A DNA stretch of 64,000 nucleotides from Squalus acanthias (lineage: Eukaryota), in the NCBI GenBank assembly GCA_030390025.1, contig CM059438.1:58468001-58532000 (forward strand), written 5' to 3'. Shown piece after piece: positions 1-12,926 of the stretch. The notes under the pieces were generated by a model. The model worked only from the letters and a program-made list of their open reading frames with translations. It ran no database searches and was not told the DNA's origin. The first letter of the stretch is position 1, and each line of letters starts with the position of its first letter. The position numbers were made by a program, and so were the translations under genes.

Positions 1-644
1 AGACTCTGGGGAATGGAGCTGGGTAGAGACAGACTGTGGAATGGAGCTGGTTTCAGGCAGACTCTGGGAATGGAGCTGGGTACAGACAGACTCTGGGGAA
101 TGGAGTTCGGTACAGAAAGACTCTGGGGAATGGAGCTGGATACGGACAGACTCTGGGAATGGAGCTGGGTACAGACAGACTCTGGGGAATGGAGCTCGGT
201 ACTGGCAGACTCTGGGAATGGAGCTGGGTACAGACAGACTCTGGGAATGGAGCTCGGTACAGAAAGACTCTGGGGAATGGAGCTGTGCACAGACAGACTC
301 TGGGGAATGGAACTGGTTATCGACAGACTCAGGGGAATGGAGCTGGGTACTGACAGACTTTTGGGATGGAGCTGGCTACTGAGAGACACTGGGGAATGGA
401 GCTGTGTACAGACAGACTCTGGGGAAGGGAGCTGAGTACATACAAACTCTGGGATTTGAGATGGTTACAGACAGACTGCGGAATGGAGCTGAGCACAGAC
501 AGACTTTATGAATGCAGCTGGGCACAGACAGACTGGGGAATGGAGCTGGTTACAGATAGACTCTGGGAATGGAGCTGGGTATAGACAGAATCCGGGAATG
601 GAGCTGGGTACAGACAGACTCTTGGAATGGAGCTGAGTACAAAC

Positions 645-3600
645 AGACTCTGGGAATGGAGCTGGGTGCAGGCTGACTCTGGGAATGGAGGTGGGTGCAG
701 ACAGAATGTGGAGATTGGAGTGGAGTGCAGGCAGACTCTATGAATGGAGCAGGGAACAGACAGACTGGTGAATGGAGCTGATACAGACAGCCTCTGGGAA
801 TGGAGCTGGGTACAGACAGAATCTGGGAATGGAGCTGGGTATAAATAGACTGGGGAATCGAGCTAAGTGCAGAAAGACTCTGGAATGCAGCTGGGTGCAG
901 ACAGACTCTGGGAATGGAGCTGGGTGCAGACAGACTCTGGGAATGTAGCTGGGTGCAGACAGACTCTGGGAATGTAGCTGGGTACAGACAGACACTGGGA
1001 ATGGAGCTGGGTCCAGACAGACTCTGGGAATGGAGCTCAGTGTAGGCAGACTCTGTGAATGGAGCAGGGTACAGACATACTCCAGGAATGGAGCTGGGCA
1101 CAGACACACTCTGGGAATGGAGCTGGGTACAGAAATAATTTTTGAAAGCAGATATGTAGAGAGAAACTCTGGTAATGTAGATGGGTACAGACAGAATCTG
1201 GGGAATGGAGCTGGGTGCAGACAGACACATGGAATGGAGCTGGGTACAGACAGACTCTTGGATTGGAGCTGAGTGCAGGCAGACTCTGTGAATAGAGCAG
1301 TGTACAGACAGACTCCGGGAATGGAGCTGGGAATAGACAGTATCTGGGAATGGAGCTGGGTAGATACAGACTCTGGGAATGGAGCTGGGTAGAGACAGAC
1401 TCTGGGAATGGAGCTAAATACAGGCTGACTCTGGGAATGGAGCTGTGTACAGAAAGACTCTGGGGAATGGAGCTGGGTACAGATAGAATCTGGGAATGGA
1501 GCTGGGTACAGTCAGACTCTGCGAATGGAGCTGTGTACAGAAAGAGTCTGGGGAATGGAGCTGGGTACAGACAGCCTCTGGGAATGGAGCAGGTTTCCAA
1601 CTGACTGAGGAATGGAGCTGGGTACAGACAGACTCTGGGAATGGAGCTGGGTACTGAAAGAATCTGGGAATGGAGCGGGGTAAGACAGTCTCTGGGAATC
1701 GAGCTGTGTACAGACAGACTCTGCGAATGGAGATGGTTACAGAAGGACTCTGGGAATAGAGCTGGGTACAGACAAACTCGGGTAAATGGAATTGGGTACA
1801 GACAGACTGTGGAATCAAATCTGGGTGGACACAGACTCTGGGGAATGGAGCTGGGTACAGACAGAGACTGGGAATGGAGCTGGGTACAGACAGACTGGGG
1901 AATGGAGCTGGGTACAGACACACAGGTGAATGGATGTGCATAAAGGCAGACTCTGGGGAATGGAGCTGGGTACGGACAGACTCTGGGGAATGGAGCTGGG
2001 TACAGACAGTCTCTGGGGAATGGAGCTCGGTACAGACAGACTCTGGGAATGGAGCTCGGTACAGAAAGACTCTGGGGAATGGAGCTGTGTACAGACAGAC
2101 TCTGGGGAATGGAGCTGTGTACAGACAGACTCTGGGGAATGGAACTGGTTATCGACAGACTCAGGGGAATGGAGCTGGGTACTGACAGACTTTTGGGATG
2201 GAGCTGGCTACTGAGAGACACTGGGGAATGGAGCTGTGTACAGACAGACTCTGGGGAAGGGAGCTGAGTACATACAAACTCTGGGATTTGAGATGGTTAC
2301 AGACAGACTGCGGAATGGAGCTGAGCACAGGCAGACTTTATGAATGCAGCTGGGCACAGACAGACTGGGGAATGGAGCTGGTTACAGATAGACTCTGGGA
2401 ATGGAGCTGGGTATAGACAGAATCCGGGAATGGAGCTGGGTACAGACAGACTCTTGGAATGGAGCTGAGTACAAACAGACTCTGGGAATGGAGCTGGGTG
2501 CAGGCTGACTCTGGGAATGGAGCTGGGTGCAGACAGAATGTGGAGATTGGAGTGGAGTGCAGGCAGACTCTATGAATGGAGCAGGGAACAGACAGACTGG
2601 TGAATGGAGCTGATACAGACAGCCTCTGGGAATGGAGCTGGGTACAGACAGAATCTGGGAATGGAGCTGGGTACAAATAGACTGGGGAATCGAGCTAAGT
2701 GCAGAAAGACTCTGGAATGCAGCTGGGTGCAGACAGACTCTGGGAATGGAGCTGGGTGCAGACAGACTCTGGGAATGGAGCTGGGTGCAGACAGACTCTG
2801 GGAATGTAGCTGGGTACAGACAGACACTGGGAATGCAGCTGGGTGCAGACAGACTCTGGGAATGGAGCTGGGTACAGACAGACTCTGGGGAATGGAGCTC
2901 GGTACTGGCAGACTCTGGGGAATGGAGCTGGGTACAGACAGACTCTGGGGAATGGAGCTCGGTACTGGCAGACTCTGGAGAAGGGAGGTGGGTACAGGCA
3001 GACTGTGGGAATGGTGCTGGGTACAGAGAGACACTGGGAATGGAGCTGGGTACAGACAGACTCTGGGAATGGAGCTGTGTACAGATAGACTCTGGGGAAT
3101 GGAGCTGGTTATAGACAGACTCAGGGGAATGGAGCTGGGTACGGACAGACTTTGGGGAATGGAGCTGGGTACAGAAAGACTGAGGAATGGCGTTGGGTAC
3201 AGGCAGACTCTGGGGAAGGGAGCTGGGTACAGATAGACTTTTGGGATGGAGCTGGCTACTGAGAGACACTGGGGAATGGAGCTGTGTACAGACAGACTCT
3301 GGGGAAGGGAGCTGAGTACATACAAACTCTGGGATTTGAGATGGTTACAGACAGACTGCGGAATGGAGCTGAGCACAGACAGACTTTATGAATGCAGCTG
3401 GGCACAGACAGACTGGGGAATGGAGCTGGTTACAGATAGACTCTGGGAATGGAGCTGTGTACAGAAAGACTCTTGGGAATGGAGCTGGGTACAGACAGCC
3501 TCTGGGAATGGAGCAGGTTACAAACTGACTCTGAGGAATGGAGCTGGGTACAGACAGACTGGGGAATGGAGCTGGGTACAGACACACAGGTGAATGGATC

Positions 3601-6600
3601 TGCATACAGGCAGACTCTGGGGAATGGAGCTGGGTACAGACAGACTCTGGGAATAGAGCTGTGTACAGACACACTCTGGGAATGGAGCTGGGTACAGACA
3701 GACTCTGGGAATGGAGCTGGGTACAGATAGACTCTGGGTAATGGAGCTGGGTACAGATAGACTCTGGGAATGGAGCTGGGTACAGACAGACTCTGGGAAT
3801 GGAGCTGGGTACAGATAGACTCTGGGAATGGAGCTGGTTTCAGGCAAACTCCGAGAATGGAGCTGGGTACAGACAGACTCTGGGGAATGGAGCTCGGTAC
3901 AGAAAGTCTCTGGGGAATGGAGCTGGGTACGGACAGAGTCTGGGAATGGAGCTGGGTACAGACATACTCTGGGGATTGGAGCTCGGTACTGGCAGACTCT
4001 GGAGAAGGGAGCAGGGTACAGACACACTCTGGGAATGGAGCTCGGCACAGAAATAATTTTTGAAAGCAGATATGTAGAGAGAAACTCTGGGAATGTAGAT
4101 GGGTACAGACAGAATCTGGGGAATGGAGCTGGGTGCAGACAGACACATGGAATGGAGCTGGGTACAGACAGACTCTTGGATTGGAGCTGAGTGCAGGCAG
4201 ACTCTGTGAATAGAGCAGTGTACAGACAGACTCCGGGAATGGAGCTGGGAATAGACAGTATCTGGGAATGGAGCTGGGTAGATACAGACTCTGGGAATGG
4301 AGCTGGGTAGAGACAGACTCTGGGAATGGAGCTAAATACAGACAGACTCTGGGAATGGAGTTGGGTATAGACAGAATCCGGGAATGGAGCTGGGTACAGA
4401 CAGTCTCTGGGAATGGAGATGAGTACAGACAGAATCTGGGAATGGAGTTTGTTACAGACAGACTCCGGGAATGGAGCTGGGACAGACAGACTCTGTGAAT
4501 GGAGCTGGTTACAGACAGACTCTTGGAATGGAGCTGGGTACAGGCTGACTCTGGGAATGGAGCTGTGTACAGAAAGACTCTGGGGAATGGAGCTGGGTAC
4601 AGATAGACTGGGAAATGGAGCTATGTACAGACAGAATCTGGGAATGGAGCTGGGTACAGATAGACTCTGCGAATGGAGCTGTGTACAGAAAGAGTCTGGG
4701 GAATGGAGCTGGGTACAGACAGCCTCTGGGAATGGAGCAGGTTACAAACTGACTGAGGAATGGAGCTGGGTACAGACAGACTCTGGGAATGGAGCTGGGT
4801 ACTGAAAGAATCTGGGAATGGAGCGGGGTAAGACAGTCTCTGGGAATCGAGCTGTGTACAGACAGACTGCGAATGGAGATGGTTACAGAAGGACTCTGGG
4901 AATAGAGCTGGGTACAGACAAACTCGGGTAAATGGAATTGGGTACAGACAGACTGTGGAATCAAATCTGGGTGGACACAGACTCTGGGGAATGGAGCTGG
5001 GTACAGACAGAGACTGGGAATGGAGCTGGGTACAGACAGACTGGGGAATGGAGCTGGGTACAGACACACAGGTGAATGGATGTGCATACAGGCAGACTCT
5101 GGGGAATGGAGCTGGGTACAGACAGACTCTGGGAATAGAGCTGTGTACAGACACACTCTGGGAATGGAGCTGGGTACAGACAGACTCTGGGAATGTAGCT
5201 GGGTACAGATAGACTCGGGGAATGGAGTGGGGTAGAGACAGACTGGGTAATGAAGCTGGGTACAGACAGACTCTGGGGAGTGGAGTTGGGTACAGGCAGA
5301 CTGTGGGAATGGAGCTGGGTAGAGACAGACTGTGGAATGGAGCTTGTTTCAGGCAGACTCTGGGAATGGAGCTGGGTACAGACAGACTCTGGGAATGGAG
5401 CTGGGTACAGACAGACTCTGGGGAAATGGAGCTCGGTACAGAAAGACTCTGGGGAATGGAGCTGGGTACGGACAGACTCTGGGAATGGAGCTGGGTACAG
5501 ACAGACTCTGGGGAATGGAGCTGGGTACAGACAGACTCTGGGGAATGGAGCTCGGTACTGGCAGACTCTGGAGAAGGGAGCTGGGTACAGGCAGACTCTG
5601 GAGAATGGAGCTGGGTACAGACAGACTCTGGGAATGGGGCTCGGTACAGAAAGACTCTGGGGAATGGAGCTGTGTACAGGCAGACTCTGGAGAATGGAGC
5701 TGGTTATAGACAGACTCAGGGGAATGGAGCTGGGTACTGACAGACTTTTGGGATGGAGCTGGCTGCTGAGAGACACTGGGGAATGGAGCTGTGTACAGAC
5801 TGACTCTGGGGAAGGGAGCTGAGTACATACAAACTCTGGGATTTGAGATGGGTACAGACAGACTGCGGAATGGAGCTGAGCACAGACAGACTTTATGAAT
5901 GCAGCTGGGCACAGACAGACTGGGGAATGGAGCTGGTTACAGATAGACTCTGGGAATGGAGCTGTGTACAGAAAGACTCTGGGGAATGGAGCTCGGTACA
6001 GATAGACTGGGAAATGGAGCTGTGTACAGACAGAACCTGGGAATGGAGCTGGGTACAGACAGTCTCTGGGAATGGAGCTGGGTACAGAAAGACTCTGGGG
6101 AATGGAGCTGGGTACAGACAGCCTCTGGGAATGGAGCTGTGTACAGAAAGAATCTGGGAATGGAGCTGGGTACGGACAGACTCTGGGAATGGAGCTGTGT
6201 ACAGACAGACTCTGGGAATGGAGCTGGGTACGGACAGACTCTGGGAATGGAGCTGTGTACAGACAGACTCTGGGGAATGGAGCTGGGTAAGACAGTCTCT
6301 GGGAATCGAGCTGTGTACAGACAGACTCTGCGAATGGAGGTGGTTACAGAAGGACTCTGGGAATGGAGCTGGGTACAGACAGACTCTGGGGAATGGAGCT
6401 CGGTACAGAAAGACTCTGGGGAATGGAGCTGGGTACAGACAGCCTCTGGGAATGGAGCAGGTTACAAACTGACTGAGGAATGGAGCTGGGTACAGACAGA
6501 CTCTGGGAATGGAGCTGGGTACTGAAAGAATCTGGGAATGGAGCGGGGTAAGACAGTCTCTGGGAATCGAGCTGTGTACAGACAGACTGCGAATGGAGAT

Positions 6601-9600
6601 GGTTACAGAAGGACTCTGGGAATAGAGCTGGGTACAGACAAACTCGGGTAAATGGAATTGGGTACAGACAGACTGTGGAATCAAATCTGGGTGGACACAG
6701 ACTCTGGGGAATGGAGCTGGGTACAGACAGAGACTGGGAATGGAGCTGGGTACAGACAGACTGGGGAATGGAGCTGGGTACAGACACACAGGTGAATGGA
6801 TGTGCATACAGGCAGACTCTGGGGAATGGAGCTGGGTACAGACAGACTCTGGGAATAGAGCTGTGTACAGACACACTCTGGGAATGGAGCTGGGTACAGA
6901 CAGACTCTGGGAATGTAGCTGGGTACAGATAGACTCGGGGAATGGAGTGGGGTAGAGACAGACTGGGTAATGAAGCTGGGTACAGACAGACTCTGGGGAG
7001 TGGAGTTGGGTACAGGCAGACTGTGGGAATGGAGCTGGGTAGAGACAGACTGTGGAATGGAGCTTGTTTCAGGCAGACTCTGGGAATGGAGCTGGGTACA
7101 GACAGACTCTGGGAATGGAGCTGGGTACAGACAGACTCTGGGGAAATGGAGCTCGGTACAGAAAGACTCTGGGGAATGGAGCTGGGTACGGACAGACTCT
7201 GGGAATGGAGCTGGGTACAGACAGACTCTGGGGAATGGAGCTGGGTACAGACAGACTCTGGGGAATGGAGCTCGGTACTGGCAGACTCTGGAGAAGGGAG
7301 CTGGGTACAGGCAGACTCTGGAGAATGGAGCTGGGTACAGACAGACTCTGGGAATGGGGCTCGGTACAGAAAGACTCTGGGGAATGGAGCTGTGTACAGG
7401 CAGACTCTGGAGAATGGAGCTGGTTATAGACAGACTCAGGGGAATGGAGCTGGGTACTGACAGACTTTTGGGATGGAGCTGGCTGCTGAGAGACACTGGG
7501 GAATGGAGCTGTGTACAGACTGACTCTGGGGAAGGGAGCTGAGTACATACAAACTCTGGGATTTGAGATGGGTACAGACAGACTGCGGAATGGAGCTGAG
7601 CACAGACAGACTTTATGAATGCAGCTGGGCACAGACAGACTGGGGAATGGAGCTGGTTACAGATAGACTCTGGGAATGGAGCTGTGTACAGAAAGACTCT
7701 GGGGAATGGAGCTCGGTACAGATAGACTGGGAAATGGAGCTGTGTACAGACAGAACCTGGGAATGGAGCTGGGTACAGACAGTCTCTGGGAATGGAGCTG
7801 GGTACAGAAAGACTCTGGGGAATGGAGCTGGGTACAGACAGCCTCTGGGAATGGAGCTGTGTACAGAAAGAATCTGGGAATGGAGCTGGGTACGGACAGA
7901 CTCTGGGAATGGAGCTGTGTACAGACAGACTCTGGGAATGGAGCTGGGTACGGACAGACTCTGGGAATGGAGCTGTGTACAGACAGACTCTGGGGAATGG
8001 AGCTGGGTAAGACAGTCTCTGGGAATCGAGCTGTGTACAGACAGACTCTGCGAATGGAGGTGGTTACAGAAGGACTCTGGGAATGGAGCTGGGTACAGAC
8101 AGACTCTGGGGAATGGAGCTCGGTACAGAAAGACTCTGGGGAATGGAGCTGGGTACAGACAGACTCTGGGAATGGAGCTGGGTAAGACAGTCTCTGGGAA
8201 TCGAGCTGTGTACAGACAGACTCTGCGAATGGAGGTGGTTACAGAAGGACTCTGGGAATAGAGCTGGGTACAGACAAACTCGGGGAAATGGAATTGGGTA
8301 CAGACAGACTGTGGAATCAAATCTGGGTAGACACAGACTCTGGGGAATGGAGCTGGGTACAGACAGAGACTGGGAATGGAGCTGGGTACACACAGACTGG
8401 GGAATGGAGCTGGGTACAGACACACAGGTGAATGGATCTGCATACAGGCAGACTCTGGGGACTGGAGCTGGGTACAGACAGACTCTGGGAATAGAGCTGT
8501 GTACAGACAGACTCTGGGAATGGAGCTGGGTACAGACAGACTCTGGGAATGGAGCTGGGTACAGATAGACTCGGGGAATGGAGTGGGGTAGAGACAGACT
8601 GCGTAATGAAGCTGGGTACAGACAGACTCTGGGGAATGGAGTTGGGTACAGGCAGACTGTGGAATGGAGCTGGGTGGAGACAGACTGTGGAACGGAGTTG
8701 GTTTCAGGCAGACTCTGGAGAATGGAGCTGGGTACAGACAGAATCTGGGAATGGAGCTGAGTACAGACAGACTCTGGGGAATGGAGCTGGGTAGAGACAG
8801 ACTGTGGAATGGAGCTGGTTTCAGGCAGACTCTGGGAATGGAGCTGGGTACAGACAGACTCTGGGGAATGGAGTTCGGTACAGAAAGACTCTGGGGAATG
8901 GAACTGGTTATCGACAGACTCAGGGGAATGGAGCTGGGTACTGACAGACTTTTGGGATGGAGCTGGCTACTGAGAGACACTGGGGAATGGAGCTGTGTAC
9001 AGACAGACTCTGGGGAAGGGAGCTGAGTACATACAAACTCTGGGATTTGAGATGGTTACAGACAGACTGCGGAATGGATCTGAGCACAGACAGACTTTAT
9101 GAATGCAGCTGGGCACAGACAGACTGGGGAATGGAGCTGGTTACAGATAGACTCTGGGAATGGAGCTGGGTATAGACAGAATCCGGGAATGGAGCTGGGT
9201 ACAGACAGACTCTTGGAATGCAGCTGGGTGCAGACAGACTCTGGGAATGGACCTGGGTGCAGAAAGACTCTGGGAATGGAGCTGTGTACAGACAGACTCT
9301 GGGAATGTAGCTGGGTACAGACAGACACTGGGAATGCAGCTGGGTGCAGACAGACTCTGGGAATGGAGCTGGGTGCAGACAGACTCTGGGAATGGAGCAG
9401 GGTACAGACATACTCCAGGAATGGAGCTGGGCACAGACACACTCTGGGAATGGAGCTCGGTACAGAAATAATTTTTGAAAGCAGATATGTAGAGAGAAAC
9501 TCTGGGAATGTAGATGGGTACAGACAGAATCTGGGGAATGGAGCTGGGTGCAGACAGACACATGGAATGGAGCTGGGTACAGACAGACTCTTGGATTGGA

Positions 9601-12600
9601 GCTGAGTGCAGGCAGACTCTGTGAATAGAGCAGTGTACAGACAGACTCCGGGAATGGAGCTGGGAATAGACAGTATCTGGGAATGGAGCTGGGTAGAGAC
9701 AGACTCTGGGAATGGAGCTGGGTAGAGACAGACTCTGGGAATGGAGCTAAATACAGACAGACTCTGGGAATGGAGTTGGGTATAGACAGAATCCGGGAAT
9801 GGAGCTGGGTACAGACAGTCTCTGGGAATGGAGATGAGTACAGACAGAATCTGGGAATGGAGTTTGTTACAGACAGACTCTGGGAATGGAGATGAGTACA
9901 GACAGACTCTGGGGAATGGAGCTGGGTAGAGACAGACTGTGGAATGGAGCTGGTTTCAGGCAGACTCTGGGAATGGAGCTGGGTACAGACAGACTCTGGG
10001 GAATGGAGTTCGGTACAGAAAGACTCTGGGGAATGGAGCTGGATACGGACAGACTCTGGGAATGGAGCTGGGTACAGACAGACTCTGGGGAATGGAGCTC
10101 GGTACTGGCAGACTCTGGGAATGGAGCTGGGTACAGACAGACTCTGGGAATGGAGCTCGGTACAGAAAGACTCTGGGGAATGGAGCTGTGTACAGACAGA
10201 CTCTGGGGAATGGAACTGGTTATCGACAGACTCAGGGGAATGGAGCTGGGTACTGACAGACTTTTGGGATGGAGCTGGCTGCTGAGAGACACTGGGGAAT
10301 GGAGCTGTGTACAGACAGACTCTGGGGAAGGGAGCTGAGTACATACAAACTCTGGGATTTGAGATGGTTACAGACAGACTGCGGAATGGATCTGAGCACA
10401 GACAGACTTTATGAATGCAGCTGGGCACAGACAGACTGGGGAATGGAGCTGGTTACAGATAGACTCTGGGAATGGAGCTGGGTACAGACAGAATCTGGGA
10501 ATGGAGCTGGGTATAAATAGACTGGGGAATCGAGCTAAGTGCAGAAAGACTCTGGAATGCAGCTGGGTGCAGACAGACTCTGGGAATGGAGCTGGGTGCA
10601 GACAGACTCTGGGAATGGAGCTGGGTGCAGACAGACTCTGGGAATGTAGCTGGGTACAGACAGACACTGGGAATGCAGCTGGGTGCAGACAGACTCTGGG
10701 AATGGAGCTGGGTGCAGACAGACTCTGGGAATGTAGCTGGGTACAGACAGACACTGGGAATGGAGCTGGGTCCAGACAGACTCTGGGAATGGAGCTCAGT
10801 GTAGGCAGACTCTGTGAATGGAGCAGGGTACAGACATACTCCAGGAATGGAGCTGGGCACAGACACACTCTGGGAATGGAGCTCGGTACAGAAATAATTT
10901 TTGAAAGCAGATATGTAGAGAGAAACTCTGGGAATGTAGATGGGTACAGACAGAATCTGGGGAATGGAGCTGGGTGCAGACAGACACATGGAATGGAGCT
11001 GGGTACAGACAGACTCTGGGAATGGAGCTGGGTGCAGGCTGACTCTGGGAATGGAGGTGGGTGCAGACAGAATGTGGAGATTGGAGTGGAGTGCAGGCAG
11101 ACTCTATGAATGGAGCAGGGAACAGACAGACTGGTGAATGGAGCTGATACAGACAGCCTCTGGGAATGGAGCTGGGTACAGACAGAATCTGGGAATGGAG
11201 CTGGGTATAAATAGACTCGGGAATCGAGCTAAGTGCAGAAAGACTCTGGAATGCAGCTGGGTGCAGACAGACTCTGGGAATGGAGCTGGGTGCAGACAGA
11301 CTCTGGGAATGTAGCTGGGTGCAGACAGACTCTGGGAATGTAGCTGGGTACAGACAGACACTGGGAATGGAGCTGGGTCCAGACAGACTCTGGGAATGGA
11401 GCTCAGTGTAGGCAGACTCTGTGAATGGAGCAGGGTACAGACATACTCCAGGAATGGAGCTGGGCACAGACACACTCTGGGAATGGAGCTGGGTACAGAA
11501 ATAATTTTTGAAAGCAGATATGTAGAGAGAAACTCTGGTAATGTAGATGGGTACAGACAGAATCTGGGGAATGGAGCTGGGTGCAGACAGACACATGGAA
11601 TGGAGCTGGGTACAGACAGACTCTTGGATTGGAGCTGAGTGCAGGCAGACTCTGTGAATAGAGCAGTGTACAGACAGACTCCGGGAATGGAGCTGGGAAT
11701 AGACAGTATCTGGGAATGGAGCTGGGTAGATACAGACTCTGGGAATGGAGCTGGGTAGAGACAGACTCTGGGAATGGAGCTAAATACAGGCTGACTCTGG
11801 GAATGGAGCTGTGTACAGAAAGACTCTGGGGAATGGAGCTGGGTACAGATAGAATCTGGGAATGGAGCTGGGTACAGTCAGACTCTGCGAATGGAGCTGT
11901 GTACAGAAAGAGTCTGGGGAATGGAGCTGGGTACAGACAGCCTCTGGGAATGGAGCAGGTTTCCAACTGACTGAGGAATGGAGCTGGGTACAGACAGACT
12001 CTGGGAATGGAGCTGGGTACTGAAAGAATCTGGGAATGGAGCGGGGTAAGACAGTCTCTGGGAATCGAGCTGTGTACAGACAGACTCTGCGAATGGAGAT
12101 GGTTACAGAAGGACTCTGGGAATAGAGCTGGGTACAGACAAACTCGGGTAAATGGAATTGGGTACAGACAGACTGTGGAATCAAATCTGGGTGGACACAG
12201 ACTCTGGGGAATGGAGCTGGGTACAGACAGAGACTGGGAATGGAGCTGGGTACAGACAGACTGGGGAATGGAGCTGGGTACAGACACACAGGTGAATGGA
12301 TGTGCATAAAGGCAGACTCTGGGGAATGGAGCTGGGTACGGACAGACTCTGGGGAATGGAGCTGGGTACAGACAGTCTCTGGGGAATGGAGCTCGGTACA
12401 GACAGACTCTGGGAATGGAGCTCGGTACAGAAAGACTCTGGGGAATGGAGCTGTGTACAGACAGACTCTGGGGAATGGAGCTGTGTACAGACAGACTCTG
12501 GGGAATGGAACTGGTTATCGACAGACTCAGGGGAATGGAGCTGGGTACTGACAGACTTTTGGGATGGAGCTGGCTACTGAGAGACACTGGGGAATGGAGC

Positions 12601-12926
12601 TGTGTACAGACAGACTCTGGGGAAGGGAGCTGAGTACATACAAACTCTGGGATTTGAGATGGTTACAGACAGACTGCGGAATGGAGCTGAGCACAGGCAG
12701 ACTTTATGAATGCAGCTGGGCACAGACAGACTGGGGAATGGAGCTGGTTACAGATAGACTCTGGGAATGGAGCTGGGTATAGACAGAATCCGGGAATGGA
12801 GCTGGGTACAGACAGACTCTTGGAATGGAGCTGAGTACAAACAGACTCTGGGAATGGAGCTGGGTGCAGGCTGACTCTGGGAATGGAGCTGGGTGCAGAC
12901 AGAATGTGGAGATTGGAGTGGAGTGC
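645..12926 (+). repeat. Long-range duplication: 645-2560 recurs at 11011-12926 (offset 10366), part of a ~9.4-10.4 kb degenerate higher-order repeat
   Basis: Identical spurious translations at 1037..2221 vs 11403..12587 and 1414..1941 vs 11780..12307. Flanks match at offsets 9903 (1-585) and ~9370 (4245-5400). Confidence 0.85.
4695..8162 (+). repeat. Tandem duplication of a 1720-bp satellite block (2 copies)
   Basis: Constant 1720 offset (4955/6675, 5222/6942, 5843/7563). Both copies share private indels such as GACAGACTGCGAATGGAGAT at 4861/6581. Confidence 0.9.
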
